Origin: an uncultured Woeseiaceae bacterium
GTDB lineage: Bacteria; Acidobacteriota; Vicinamibacteria; Vicinamibacterales; UBA823
Assembly: GCA_964569695.1 (NCBI GenBank)
Contig: CAZMUA010000002.1
Location: 2,185-66,184 of the forward strand
DNA: 64,000 nt
Direction of reading: 5' to 3'
Position 1 is the first letter of the stretch. Every line of letters begins with the position of its first letter. Under the pieces are notes generated by a model that ran no database searches, was not told the origin of the DNA, and saw nothing but the letters and a program-made list of their open reading frames with translations. Below are positions 47,222-56,516 of the stretch, piece by piece. The position numbers and the translations under genes were made by a program.

Positions 47222-49503
47222 GATCCGCATCCGCGCTGTTTCTTCTTTAACTTTTCCAGGACGGCCCCGGGCGTCATGGGTAAGGCTGTCATTCGGATTC
47301 CGACGGCGTCATACAGAGCGTTTGCAAGAGCACCAGCTGGTGGCATGATGGAAGATTCTCCGACACCGCGAACACCAAAAGGATGGTTCGGGTTGGGTGT
47401 CTCTAATATTACGGTTTCGATGTCCGGCAGGTCTAGGGACGTGGGCATTCGGTAATCCAAGAGCGTAGTGTTCAAGAGGTGTCCTGCGTTATCGTACTGG
47501 TAGGCTTCACTTAAAGCCCAGCCAACTCCTTGGGCGACACCGCCTTGCATTTGGCCAGACACATAATCTGGATGAATGGCCTTGCCGACGTCCTGAAAAG
47601 CCGTGTAGCGTTGTATTTCAATTTTTCCAGTCTCAGTATCCACATCGATATCGACGAGGTGGACAGTCAACTGCGCCCCATTGGATTTTGGTGTCACACT
47701 GGATTGCACGGTGATGGGTCCACCAAGCTTTTCGAGTAAATGAGCCATCTCTGTGAATGTAAGCGTTGAGGTGGAATCTTTCTGATGGTTAAACACTCCC
47801 TCAGAGAATGTCACGTCAGTTTCATTAACATCCCAGTAGAGAGCTGCTCGTTCCGTCATCTGCCTCAGTAATTGCTGGGCCGCCTCGTAGACGGCAAGAC
47901 CGGTAGAGTGTGTGGTTCGGCTACCAACAGCCATAAAAGAAAATGCGATGGAGTCGGTATCAGGAATGGACACGGAGATAGAAGATACCGGTATGCCAAG
48001 GGTCTCCGCCGCTTGCATGGCCAGTGTCATTCGTGTGCCGCTAAGATCCGGAGTGCCGACGGAAAGCTTGACGCTACCATCAGGGTTAGCCGTAAGCACG
48101 GCACTAGACGTCATGCCAGCGCCAAACCACATTGCGTACGCGAGACCCCGTCCAGGGTTCTTACCTGTAAGAGGCGAGGTAAAGTGTGGATGTTTTTGGA
48201 CGGCTTTTAGTAAATTTTTTCCGCCAATTTTCTGGCAAGGGATTGCCGTGATCATGCGGTCGCCCGTCACCATGGCATTTGTGAGTCGTAATTCCAGTGG
48301 GTCAAGTTCCAGTTTACGCGCCAGAATATCTAGCATTGATTCCATCGCAAAGTTAACCGGCAGACCACCTGGTGCTCGGTACTGTTTCATTTTTGGTTTA
48401 TTTAGAAGCACATCATGGCCCAGTATTTTTTGGTCTGGTATGTTGTATCGTGCTGTGGCTTGCAGCGCGGCGGAGGTAACAGGTCCACCTGGATAGGCAC
48501 CCGCTTCATAGGCGAGAGTTAGGTCCGCTCCGAGCAAAGTTCCATCCTTCTTGGCAGCAAGCTTGACCCGAATGTTTGCACCCGGGCTAGGACCCGTGCC
48601 ACGTAACATGTCAGCACGAGACATCGCGATTTTGACCGGCCGTCCGGTTTGTTTTGCAAACATCGCAGCAATGGGTTCAATGTAGACTTGGTCCTTGCCT
48701 CCAAAGCCGCCGCCGATTTCCATCGGGGTCACTTTCACTTTGTTTAAGGGATGTCCCAAGATAAACGCCAACTGTTCACGAATGGCAAAATGTCCCTGAG
48801 TGCTGGTCCAGACACTCATGATGTCGTTGTGACTCCATTCTACGGTGACCGAGTGAGGTTCGATATACCCCTGATGTAAACAGCGAGTTTGAAAGTTTTC
48901 TTCTAGAACGTGGTCCGCGTTTTGAAATGCACGGTCAGTATCCCCGAGCTTGAGTTTAAAGCTGCCAGCATTGCTGTGGGATTTTTCGGTTTGCAGTATG
49001 AAGCGACCCGGCGAAAACGTTTCATGCAGAACAGGCGCATCATCTTTCAGAGCGTCTTCAATTTCTAGTACTGGTTCAAGTATTTCGTAATCGACCTCAA
49101 TCAGTTCCAGGGCTTGTTCTGCAATGTGGTAGTTGTCGGCGACAGCTGCTGCCACTGCATGACCATCATAGAGAGTCTTGTCACGCGCGATACAGTTTTC
49201 AGCAAGGTCTCTGATGTCGATTGTACTGGCACCACCATGGGGAATGACCGTGGATTCAAGTTGTGGAAAGTCTCCACCGGTCAAGACACCGTGAACGCCT
49301 GGCAAGGCGCGCGCTTTACTAGTATCAATATCTTTAATGATGGCGTGGGCATGAGGGCTTCGCAAAATCTTGCCAAATAACATTCTTGGTAAATGGATGT
49401 CATCAGCAAAACGTGCACGACCGGTGACTTTTTCGATGCCATCAGGTCGTTCGGGTGTCGTACCAATCACCTTGAAATCAACCTGACCCTCAGCGTGTTT
49501 CAT
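47218..49503 (-). CDS. Xanthine dehydrogenase/aldehyde oxidase-family molybdopterin-binding large subunit (substrate unknown)
   Basis: 761 aa with the a/b-hammerhead and MoCo-binding layout. The active-site-region loop reads QYRAPGGLP, the general hydroxylase type rather than the CO-dehydrogenase loop. Confidence 0.9.
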   Translation of the reverse strand: MKHAEGQVDFKVIGTTPERPDGIEKVTGRARFADDIHLPRMLFGKILRSPHAHAIIKDIDTSKARALPGVHGVLTGGDFPQLESTVIPHGGASTIDIRDLAENCIARDKTLYDGHAVAAAVADNYHIAEQALELIEVDYEILEPVLEIEDALKDDAPVLHETFSPGRFILQTEKSHSNAGSFKLKLGDTDRAFQNADHVLEENFQTRCLHQGYIEPHSVTVEWSHNDIMSVWTSTQGHFAIREQLAFILGHPLNKVKVTPMEIGGGFGGKDQVYIEPIAAMFAKQTGRPVKIAMSRADMLRGTGPSPGANIRVKLAAKKDGTLLGADLTLAYEAGAYPGGPVTSAALQATARYNIPDQKILGHDVLLNKPKMKQYRAPGGLPVNFAMESMLDILARKLELDPLELRLTNAMVTGDRMITAIPCQKIGGKNLLKAVQKHPHFTSPLTGKNPGRGLAYAMWFGAGMTSSAVLTANPDGSVKLSVGTPDLSGTRMTLAMQAAETLGIPVSSISVSIPDTDSIAFSFMAVGSRTTHSTGLAVYEAAQQLLRQMTERAALYWDVNETDVTFSEGVFNHQKDSTSTLTFTEMAHLLEKLGGPITVQSSVTPKSNGAQLTVHLVDIDVDTETGKIEIQRYTAFQDVGKAIHPDYVSGQMQGGVAQGVGWALSEAYQYDNAGHLLNTTLLDYRMPTSLDLPDIETVILETPNPNHPFGVRGVGESSIMPPAGALANALYDAVGIRMTALPMTPGAVLEKLKKKQRGCGS

Positions 49504-49985
49504 GGCTTCTGGTGGAGCTCTTTCGCAGCTTGAGCAACAGCTTTAATAATCCTGGTATATCCAGTGCATCGACACAGATTGTTGGCCAACCAAAGTCGAA
49601 TTCTTTCGTTCGATGGAAGAGGTTCGTGTGCCAATAAATCTTTGGCTGCCATGATGAGACCTGGAGTGCAGTAACCGCATTGCAAGGCGGTTTCTCGGAT
49701 GAACGCCTGCTGTAGAGGATGAAGCCTGTCTCCATCAGCCAGACCTTCAATGGTTTCGATGGATGCATTTTCTGTTTCAACTCCAAGTACGCAGCATGAA
49801 TTGACGGACACACCATCCAGAATGACTGTGCAAGCGCCACAGTTACCGTCATTACAGCCTTCTTTGGTGCCAGTTAATTGCAACCTATCTCGCAATATTT
49901 CAAGCAAGCTTTCTCGAGGTTCACAAAAGAATGTTTCTTCCTGACCATTAATGACAGTGGTAATCCGTGTGGTGTAGTCAGTCAT
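49500..49985 (-). CDS. [2Fe-2S]-binding small subunit of the molybdenum hydroxylase
   Basis: Cys clusters CNDGNCGACTV, CGYCTPG and NLCRCTGY. I trimmed the start to the ATG at 49985 (MTDYTT). The stop overlaps the large-subunit ATG (ATGA). Confidence 0.9.
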   Translation of the reverse strand: MTDYTTRITTVINGQEETFFCEPRESLLEILRDRLQLTGTKEGCNDGNCGACTVILDGVSVNSCCVLGVETENASIETIEGLADGDRLHPLQQAFIRETALQCGYCTPGLIMAAKDLLAHEPLPSNERIRLWLANNLCRCTGYTRIIKAVAQAAKELHQKP

Positions 49986-50862
49986 CAGTAACCGTCCCAC
50001 CAGCCCTGCGTACAGCCCTTTCAAGGGCACGTATTGTCATAATTCGCGTCAAGTCTCTTCGCTGGTCCGCTGTGCCCCGCAGGTCACTAATGGGTTTCGC
50101 GCAAGACATGGCAACATCTCCAGCATGGTCGATCGTCTTTCGATTGACAGGCTTATTTTTAATGGCATTACCAGCTTCGCTCACGAAGAGCGGCGTAGGG
50201 GCTACAGCACCAATGGCAATTCTCACGTCGACGAATCTGGTATGACTGGAGTCTAATTCAACTTCGGCAGCGGCATTGACTACCGCTATATCCATCTCAT
50301 TACGCGGAATGAAACGGTTGAAGGCTCCACCACTGTGTTTAGGTGGAGGAGGGAAGTGTAATTGTAGAAGCAGTTCATCATCTGCAAGCACATTTTTACG
50401 AGGACCTAGACAAAAATCTTTCACTGGAAGTGTTCGTGTGCCTCTTGAGCTCACGATTGTAGCCACAGCTCGCATTACGATAAGCGTTGGAATACTGTCG
50501 GCACTTGGCGATGCGTTACACAAGTTACCTCCTACTGAGGCGCGTCCCTGAATAGATGTGCCGCCGATGAGGCTTACTGAGTCAATCAGAGCAGGGTAGG
50601 TCTCCGCCACTTTGCGGGTGTCCCAAATGCGTCGACAGGAGGTTGCTGCGCCAAGGGTGAGTCCATCATCCTCCAATTCTATTTTGACCATTGTTGGAAT
50701 CTTCTTAGCGTCAATAACGACTAGGGGACGCAAATTACCTGACCGCATACCCACAATGAGGTCTGTGCCGCCTGCGAGCAATCGCGCATCCCGCCCGTAA
50801 CTGGTCATCATTGTTGTCAGTTCGGTTAGAGAAGACGGTGTCTTAAAATCAAAATTATGCAT
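49978..50862 (-). CDS. FAD-binding medium subunit of the molybdenum hydroxylase
   Basis: CoxM/XdhB-like with LLAGGTDLIVGMR, 294 aa. It overlaps the small-subunit start by 8 nt. Confidence 0.85.
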   Translation of the reverse strand: MHNFDFKTPSSLTELTTMMTSYGRDARLLAGGTDLIVGMRSGNLRPLVVIDAKKIPTMVKIELEDDGLTLGAATSCRRIWDTRKVAETYPALIDSVSLIGGTSIQGRASVGGNLCNASPSADSIPTLIVMRAVATIVSSRGTRTLPVKDFCLGPRKNVLADDELLLQLHFPPPPKHSGGAFNRFIPRNEMDIAVVNAAAEVELDSSHTRFVDVRIAIGAVAPTPLFVSEAGNAIKNKPVNRKTIDHAGDVAMSCAKPISDLRGTADQRRDLTRIMTIRALERAVRRAGGTVTDD

Positions 50863-50900
50863 AAGGTGGTGACCTAGACTGTTAGGAACGCCACATTCGG

Positions 50901-51842
50901 TTAATCCAAGAATACGTATTCTGGCAGAAAGGCGGAGACCAGCCAGTTTGGTGGGCTGACGACTTCATTTATCTTAAGATCGACACAAACCGAACATAGG
51001 ACATAGGCTTCTTCTCGACTTAAACCTTTTTTATTCACAAGGTAATCGATCATGTAGCGCACCGCTCTTTGTGAACATTCATAGAGATCTGGACCATGCG
51101 CCGTGGTTGCAAACAATTCACTGTCAGTAGTTACGTTGTTGACCGCGCCGTGAACTCTTAACTGTGGTTCAGAAATGTGGTGGGAGTCCAACAATCTAAA
51201 ACGTAATGTAATTTTTGCGGCCATTTCAATGGCAGTAATACAGACTTCACCATCACCTTGTGCGGCGTGGGCATCACCTACACAGAACAGGGCGCCCTCG
51301 ACAAACACTGGTAGGTACAGAGTGCTGCCAGCGCACAGATATTTAATATCCATGTTTCCACCGTTCTGGCGGGGTGGGATAGTGCTGTGTGACCCAGATT
51401 CATTTAAGGCGGTACCTAGAATTCCAGGAAATGGCATGATAGAGACCGCGATATCCGATCGCTGTTTCATTCGGGCCATTTTTTGGTCAGACAGGTCCCA
51501 TATTTGCAGATAATGATTCGGGAATTCTTCCTTAGGTAATAGTCCACGGCCAGGTCGTATTGCCGTCCAGCCAAATCCTAAGCTAGGGCGAACCTCAAGA
51601 ATTTCAACGGCTAGTGTATCGCCTGGTTTAGATCCGCGTATAAAAACAGGACCAGTGAGTGGATGGCCCACTAAAGGTCCTTTTTCTTTTACGTCTCTGG
51701 CTGTAGAGTTCTCGCTGTAATAGTGATCTGCTGAATCCCTAGTATCAAATACTACGGTGTCGCCTGACTCAATTGTGAGTCTGGCTGGAGTGCTTTGATC
51801 CCAGCTGTAAGAGACCACGCTATCATCAAGATAGTGTTCCAC
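50901..51842 (-). CDS. Acetamidase/formamidase-family amidohydrolase
   Basis: FmdA/AmdA-type blocks HPLTGPVFIRGSKPGDTLAVEI and GGNMDIK...VGDAHAAQGDGEVC. Confidence 0.8.
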   Translation of the reverse strand: MEHYLDDSVVSYSWDQSTPARLTIESGDTVVFDTRDSADHYYSENSTARDVKEKGPLVGHPLTGPVFIRGSKPGDTLAVEILEVRPSLGFGWTAIRPGRGLLPKEEFPNHYLQIWDLSDQKMARMKQRSDIAVSIMPFPGILGTALNESGSHSTIPPRQNGGNMDIKYLCAGSTLYLPVFVEGALFCVGDAHAAQGDGEVCITAIEMAAKITLRFRLLDSHHISEPQLRVHGAVNNVTTDSELFATTAHGPDLYECSQRAVRYMIDYLVNKKGLSREEAYVLCSVCVDLKINEVVSPPNWLVSAFLPEYVFLD

Positions 51843-51846
51843 GATT

Positions 51847-52689
51847 CTACAAAACCTTTGGCCACACTACCCATCCCGAGCTGCAACGCCAGGAATAGGA
51901 TTTTACATAATCGAGTACTGTTGCGGGGCCTTTGGTCGCCGCCATCACTAGAATCCACGCTATCAATTCTGCGGTGCCACCTGAGCCTGCCTCTTCCATT
52001 TTCTCAAGAGTGCATTCTCTAAGCACCTTCTGGTGGTCTCCTTCGGCCATTAGATCGAGAAACCATTGATCGAACTCATCATCAATGTGGAAATAGCGAG
52101 GTCCTCCAGGTTCGTGAGAGAGCCCACCAGATCCTACAAATACAACGCGGTCGTCACTAGAAAAACTTTCGACAATCTTAACCATTAACTTGCCAACTTC
52201 GTATGCTTCCGTTGGAGTTGGAATAGGGGGACATGCGAAATTAATGCTGATTGGAACCATTGTTATTTTGTTGTCAGGATTGAGCCAGCATGTAGGAACT
52301 GAGATGCCATCATCAAATTTCATATCTCTGAGATGCGCCATAGGAAGCCCATTCTTTGCAGAGGCGTTGACAATGTGACGGGCAAGTTCCGGGTGACCAG
52401 CGACGCGATATTTTTTTTCTTGGTTTAACCAGCTGTCATACCAGTCCGCTGGCCCAACGTGTTCTGACCCAATACCTACGGTGTAAGAAGGTAGGTTGTT
52501 AATAGGCCAGTTCAACAAATGGTCATTCGAAAATACGATCATTACATTTGCATCTCTATCCGCCATGTAAGCTCGCATTTTAGAAAAAGCATTAATGGCA
52601 GCTTCCTGTTGTTCTTCTGGTGCGTCCTTAAACCAACCTAAAAGACCAGGGGTATGAGTGGTTGCCATAGCGCCAACGATTTCAGCCAT
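51847..52689 (-). CDS. Class III extradiol ring-cleavage dioxygenase, catalytic (LigB-like) subunit
   Basis: MAEIVGAMATTHTPGL..., VFSNDHL and GSGGLSHEPGG are LigB-type blocks. I trimmed the start to the ATG at 52689, which overlaps the upstream small-subunit stop by 8 nt. Confidence 0.7.
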   Translation of the reverse strand: MAEIVGAMATTHTPGLLGWFKDAPEEQQEAAINAFSKMRAYMADRDANVMIVFSNDHLLNWPINNLPSYTVGIGSEHVGPADWYDSWLNQEKKYRVAGHPELARHIVNASAKNGLPMAHLRDMKFDDGISVPTCWLNPDNKITMVPISINFACPPIPTPTEAYEVGKLMVKIVESFSSDDRVVFVGSGGLSHEPGGPRYFHIDDEFDQWFLDLMAEGDHQKVLRECTLEKMEEAGSGGTAELIAWILVMAATKGPATVLDYVKSYSWRCSSGWVVWPKVL

Positions 52690-53062
52690 TCTTTTCCTCC
52701 GCCACGTCCCATTTACTACCACCGATAGCGGCCTTAGATTCATCTGGAAAGGCTTTCTGGTAGGCAGTCAGTGCTGGGTGGGTATTGGTCATTCCAGTCT
52801 CACCGTAGGTAAGTCGCAGAATGTGTGGAATTAGATATTGGTGTACCCCAATATCCATCAGAACTCTTGGGCTGGGCTCACCTATGAGTGCATCTATTTC
52901 AACTTGACTGAGACCAAATTGTCTACATACTCCTTCTCGGTCAGTATTCCAACGTTTCCGAAGTTCAGGATCTTTTCTGACGTAATAAACCATTTCGTTG
53001 GTTGGAAGCGTTTTATCTACGCGATCAACATTTCCCATATCCTTATCCGTCACCCTTAACAT
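52682..53062 (-). CDS. Small (LigA-like) subunit of the extradiol dioxygenase
   Basis: A 126-aa helical protein immediately upstream of, and overlapping, the LigB-like gene. Size and position fit LigA. The sequence assignment itself is weak. Confidence 0.5.
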   Translation of the reverse strand: MLRVTDKDMGNVDRVDKTLPTNEMVYYVRKDPELRKRWNTDREGVCRQFGLSQVEIDALIGEPSPRVLMDIGVHQYLIPHILRLTYGETGMTNTHPALTAYQKAFPDESKAAIGGSKWDVAEEKNG

Positions 53063-53091
53063 GAACTAAAAAACTTAACTCTCTTTATAGT

Positions 53092-54339
53092 TTAACTCGA
53101 ATGTTTGCCAGGGGCGATTAAACCATCGTTAGTCCAGCGGTCAAATATTTCTAGCGCTTTCTCTGTAAACCGGCTGTCGTTGATGTGATGATCGAGTGGG
53201 TGATATTCGACAGCGGTTGAAAGTTCGGCCTCAATGGTCCTTGCAAAGGTTGCGAGGCCATCAGGGTCTCTAAAGGGCTGTCCCACACGGTCCCATTCAT
53301 CAATACCTTTCAGTGGCATGATAAATGCTGTAGGTCCGATCGCCTGATTGAGTTTCTTGGCTATTGTTTCAGCCGCACTTACTTTTTCTTCCTTCGTCAA
53401 GATGGCAGAAGAGATTAGTCGATTATGTATATGAGTTCCTCTTTCACGGAGCAGTTTTTGCGGGGCGTCCCAACTCTGGAAATCAACCAAGGTCACACCA
53501 CCAGGCGCGACGATCTGCGGAATACCATTCTTTCCAGCTTTTTGAAGGCGATCGTTGCCGGCAGTAACAACGGAGCCCAATTGATGGTTGCTTACCTCCA
53601 CCAAGCAGAAATCTAGGACGGCCGCTAATTCACCTTTCGCCAACATGGACTCCATAGCTCGTCCACCCATACCAGTGGCATGAAAGACTGCGACATCATA
53701 GCCCCGGTGTTCAAGTTCGGGTTTGAGTTCTACCATGTATTTGAGCGAGCTCTTCCCAAGTGAGGAGATGCCGACAATAGGACGTTCGATCAGAATTTGT
53801 GTAGAGAACTGACATGCGCCAACAATGGCGCTTGCAGCTTGTCTCAGGATCGATTCACAAATTGGGTTGAGCCCGTATAACCCACCCGACCATAAAATCA
53901 TCATAACATCTGCGGAAATTCGATCTGGAGGGAGCAAGGGAGAGTAGGCGACCGTGGAAGCTATTAACTTTGGGAAGCCCAGCGGTAGAGCGGCAACCAC
54001 ATCCAGCGCAAGGTCCGTGGCCATCGTGCCACCTATCGCGAGCACTCCATCGATTTTTCCAGATTGCTGGAGCGATCGAACTAGCAACGCGGCGCCTTCC
54101 GCTTGCCGAGTCATCGCGAGATTTTCGTTACCTAGGGCGATAATAGCTTCGTTAGTGGTATTAGCAGCGGCAGCCACATCATGCTTGCTGTAATCGGCTT
54201 CAAAGTTCGGAGTCCCTAGAACTCCTATATCCATGACTCTTGGGAGAGCGCCAGCTTCTTCAACACATGATTTGAGAAATAGTAGCTCATCACCCTTGGT
54301 GTCAGCGGTTCCGATAATCAGGACGACTTTTTTATCCAT
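53092..54339 (-). CDS. UPF0261 (Tm-1-like, putative nucleotide-binding) family protein
   Basis: The N-terminus MDKKVVLIIGTADTKGDELLFLKSCVEEAG matches the characteristic UPF0261 start (…GTxDTKGxEL…). The 415-aa length fits. Confidence 0.75.
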   Translation of the reverse strand: MDKKVVLIIGTADTKGDELLFLKSCVEEAGALPRVMDIGVLGTPNFEADYSKHDVAAAANTTNEAIIALGNENLAMTRQAEGAALLVRSLQQSGKIDGVLAIGGTMATDLALDVVAALPLGFPKLIASTVAYSPLLPPDRISADVMMILWSGGLYGLNPICESILRQAASAIVGACQFSTQILIERPIVGISSLGKSSLKYMVELKPELEHRGYDVAVFHATGMGGRAMESMLAKGELAAVLDFCLVEVSNHQLGSVVTAGNDRLQKAGKNGIPQIVAPGGVTLVDFQSWDAPQKLLRERGTHIHNRLISSAILTKEEKVSAAETIAKKLNQAIGPTAFIMPLKGIDEWDRVGQPFRDPDGLATFARTIEAELSTAVEYHPLDHHINDSRFTEKALEIFDRWTNDGLIAPGKHSS

Positions 54340-55693
54340 GCTGCTTGGTTAGCGCAGACAATCCAGCGTCAATCGCGTCAATAATGTTTTTGATGTGCTG
54401 ATTTGTGATGATAAGTGGTGGTGACAAGATAATATTGTTTCCAGAAATTCGAACCATCACGCCGTCGTTGTAAATTTCCTTCCCCACAAGCGCCATTGAG
54501 TTTTTATCTAATGCAGTTTTTGTGCTTCTGTCGCTAACTAGTTCCAATGCATGCATCAGTCCAATGCCTCTTGCGTCACCAATCCAGCGATGCAGTTTCT
54601 TAAGTTTCGTAAGACCTTGAGCTAATTCTTTACCACGCTCCCTAGAATTATTCGCCAAGTCGTTTGTTTTTAGTTCTTCTAGCATAGCTAGGGCGGCTGC
54701 CGCGCCTACAGGATGACCTGAATAGGTGTATCCATGATTGATTTCCCCCGCACCATCTGTGTTAGTTTCGAAAGTCTCAACGAGCCTCTCGCTGATCATA
54801 GTGGCCCCAAGTGGAAAGTAACCGTTAGTGAGAGCCTTCGCAATGCAAATGAGATCAGGGTGTACATTCCATAATCGTGAGCCGGTCCAGGCTCCAGTGC
54901 GTCCGAAAGCGGTAATGACCTCGTCTGCAATCAGTAAAATTCCGTGAGTGTCGCAGATTTGTCTGACGAGTGGCATAAAGCTGCTATCCGGAACGATGAC
55001 CCCGCCCGCGCCTAAAACGGGCTCCATAATAACCGCTGCAACCGTGTCAGGACTTTGCGAGGCAATCTCATCATCCAATTGCTGGGCACAGAGTTGGGCC
55101 AGACGATCTGATTTTTCTTCGTTAAATGGATTACGGTAGGTCCATGGGCAGGACACATGAAAACAACCTGGTAGGTAGGGCTCGTAATTGCGACGGAATT
55201 TGACATTACCATTAACTGAGGCTCCACCAAAGTGAGTGCCATGGTAGCCTTTTTTGAGAGCGATAAATTTGTAGCGGTCCTTGTCACCACGTATCTTGTG
55301 GTATTGCCTGGCCAATCGAAGAGCCGTTTCGACAGAATCTGAACCACCGGACGTAAAAAAGGCTCTCCTCATCTGTTCCTTGCCGAACCAGTTAGTAAGG
55401 TTTCGGGATAATTCCAATGTTTTGTCTGTCGTCACACCACGAAAAGAAGAGTAGTAGGGAAGTTCCTGCAGTTGTTGAGCTATTGCGTCTTTAATGGTTT
55501 GACAGGAATAACCTAAGTTGACATTCCACAGTCCGCCAACTGCGTCAAGGACTGTCTGGTTGTTAGTGTCTGTAACGAACACACCTTTCGCCGATTTGAT
55601 TGCGATTGGTGGGTCGTCTTGGACAGTTCCAGGGTGAGTCATGGGCTGCCAGAGTTCTTGCGTTTTTGTTTCCACGGAATAACTCCTAATCAA
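54332..55693 (-). CDS. Class III (omega-type) PLP aminotransferase
   Basis: FTSGGSDSVETA, the LLIADEVITAFGRTG block and the PDLICIAKALTNGY (Lys) block. It overlaps both neighbouring genes by 8 nt. Confidence 0.9.
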   Translation of the reverse strand: MIRSYSVETKTQELWQPMTHPGTVQDDPPIAIKSAKGVFVTDTNNQTVLDAVGGLWNVNLGYSCQTIKDAIAQQLQELPYYSSFRGVTTDKTLELSRNLTNWFGKEQMRRAFFTSGGSDSVETALRLARQYHKIRGDKDRYKFIALKKGYHGTHFGGASVNGNVKFRRNYEPYLPGCFHVSCPWTYRNPFNEEKSDRLAQLCAQQLDDEIASQSPDTVAAVIMEPVLGAGGVIVPDSSFMPLVRQICDTHGILLIADEVITAFGRTGAWTGSRLWNVHPDLICIAKALTNGYFPLGATMISERLVETFETNTDGAGEINHGYTYSGHPVGAAAALAMLEELKTNDLANNSRERGKELAQGLTKLKKLHRWIGDARGIGLMHALELVSDRSTKTALDKNSMALVGKEIYNDGVMVRISGNNIILSPPLIITNQHIKNIIDAIDAGLSALTKQHG

Positions 55694-56336
55694 TAGAGAG
55701 CAGATTCAACACCTGCTGATAGCTCGCTTTTGGTTGTTGGACCTTGAAATGTAGAGTTTGCATACCGATATTTCTAGCTCCTACAATATTGCGATATTGA
55801 TCGTCGACAAATACACAATGCGATGCTGGGATGGCTAATTCATCAAGACATTCTTGGAATGCACGTGGGTCAGGTTTCAGAATATTAGAGTAGCTGGCAT
55901 CCACTATCACGTTGAACAATTCCATGAATGGCAATTGCTTTCGAAAGTTGGCCCCATAGAACAGATCTAGATCATTAGACAAAATTGCCAACTTGCAACC
56001 CACAGCACTTGCTTTCTTGATCGCACTCAAGGCTTCTGGGCGAATAAACTGAGCGGGTTCTGCGCCGCGGGAGGCTTGAACAAAATCTGATACGGTGTTC
56101 CAATTCTTGCCACAGAGCGAGCCCACTTCCCGAGTGCGGGTCATCCAGTAATCCCGTTCTTCTATTTCTTCATTCTGAACAGCACGCCAAAGGGGATCCG
56201 ATTCGAGATCAAAGGGCCCGCGCCAGGTCAAAGTGCCTGCAGGTAAACCTAACGCTTGTTCGGTGAGGGCATGTGTTTCAAAAAGCGTACGGCTAATAAC
56301 GCCACCGAAATCTAATACCAAGGCTTTCTGAGTCAT
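55686..56336 (-). CDS. HAD-superfamily hydrolase
   Basis: MTQKALVLDFGGVISRT (motif I variant), LSND (motif II region) and VFVDDQ (motif IV). I trimmed the start to the ATG at 56336. Confidence 0.7.
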   Translation of the reverse strand: MTQKALVLDFGGVISRTLFETHALTEQALGLPAGTLTWRGPFDLESDPLWRAVQNEEIEERDYWMTRTREVGSLCGKNWNTVSDFVQASRGAEPAQFIRPEALSAIKKASAVGCKLAILSNDLDLFYGANFRKQLPFMELFNVIVDASYSNILKPDPRAFQECLDELAIPASHCVFVDDQYRNIVGARNIGMQTLHFKVQQPKASYQQVLNLLSID

Positions 56337-56516
56337 CAATATGTCGGTTCCCGATCGGACTAGAACGCAACTCGCGGCCAATAACAATCTTTAATGATAA
56401 GAATGCCATAGGAGGTCGCCGATTTTGTCGACCTTCCACATGATATGCTGATCTCATTATATTGAAACGATAGTAAGAATTATTGGATCAGAAGATATTT
56501 TATTAGCCGGATCGTA

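Noticed and set aside
47912-48496. A 194-aa ORF on the plus strand inside the molybdenum hydroxylase large-subunit gene
   Set aside because: It is antisense to a gene with clear family-wide similarity. Its composition is Ser/Arg/Pro-rich, typical of a shadow frame, and it has no recognisable motif or ribosome-binding site.
47218-50862. Interpreting the three-subunit enzyme as aerobic CO dehydrogenase (coxMSL)
   Set aside because: The large subunit shows QYRAPGG where form I CODH has the VAYRCSFR-type loop (from memory). No coxDEFG accessory genes are present, and the operon context is catabolic.
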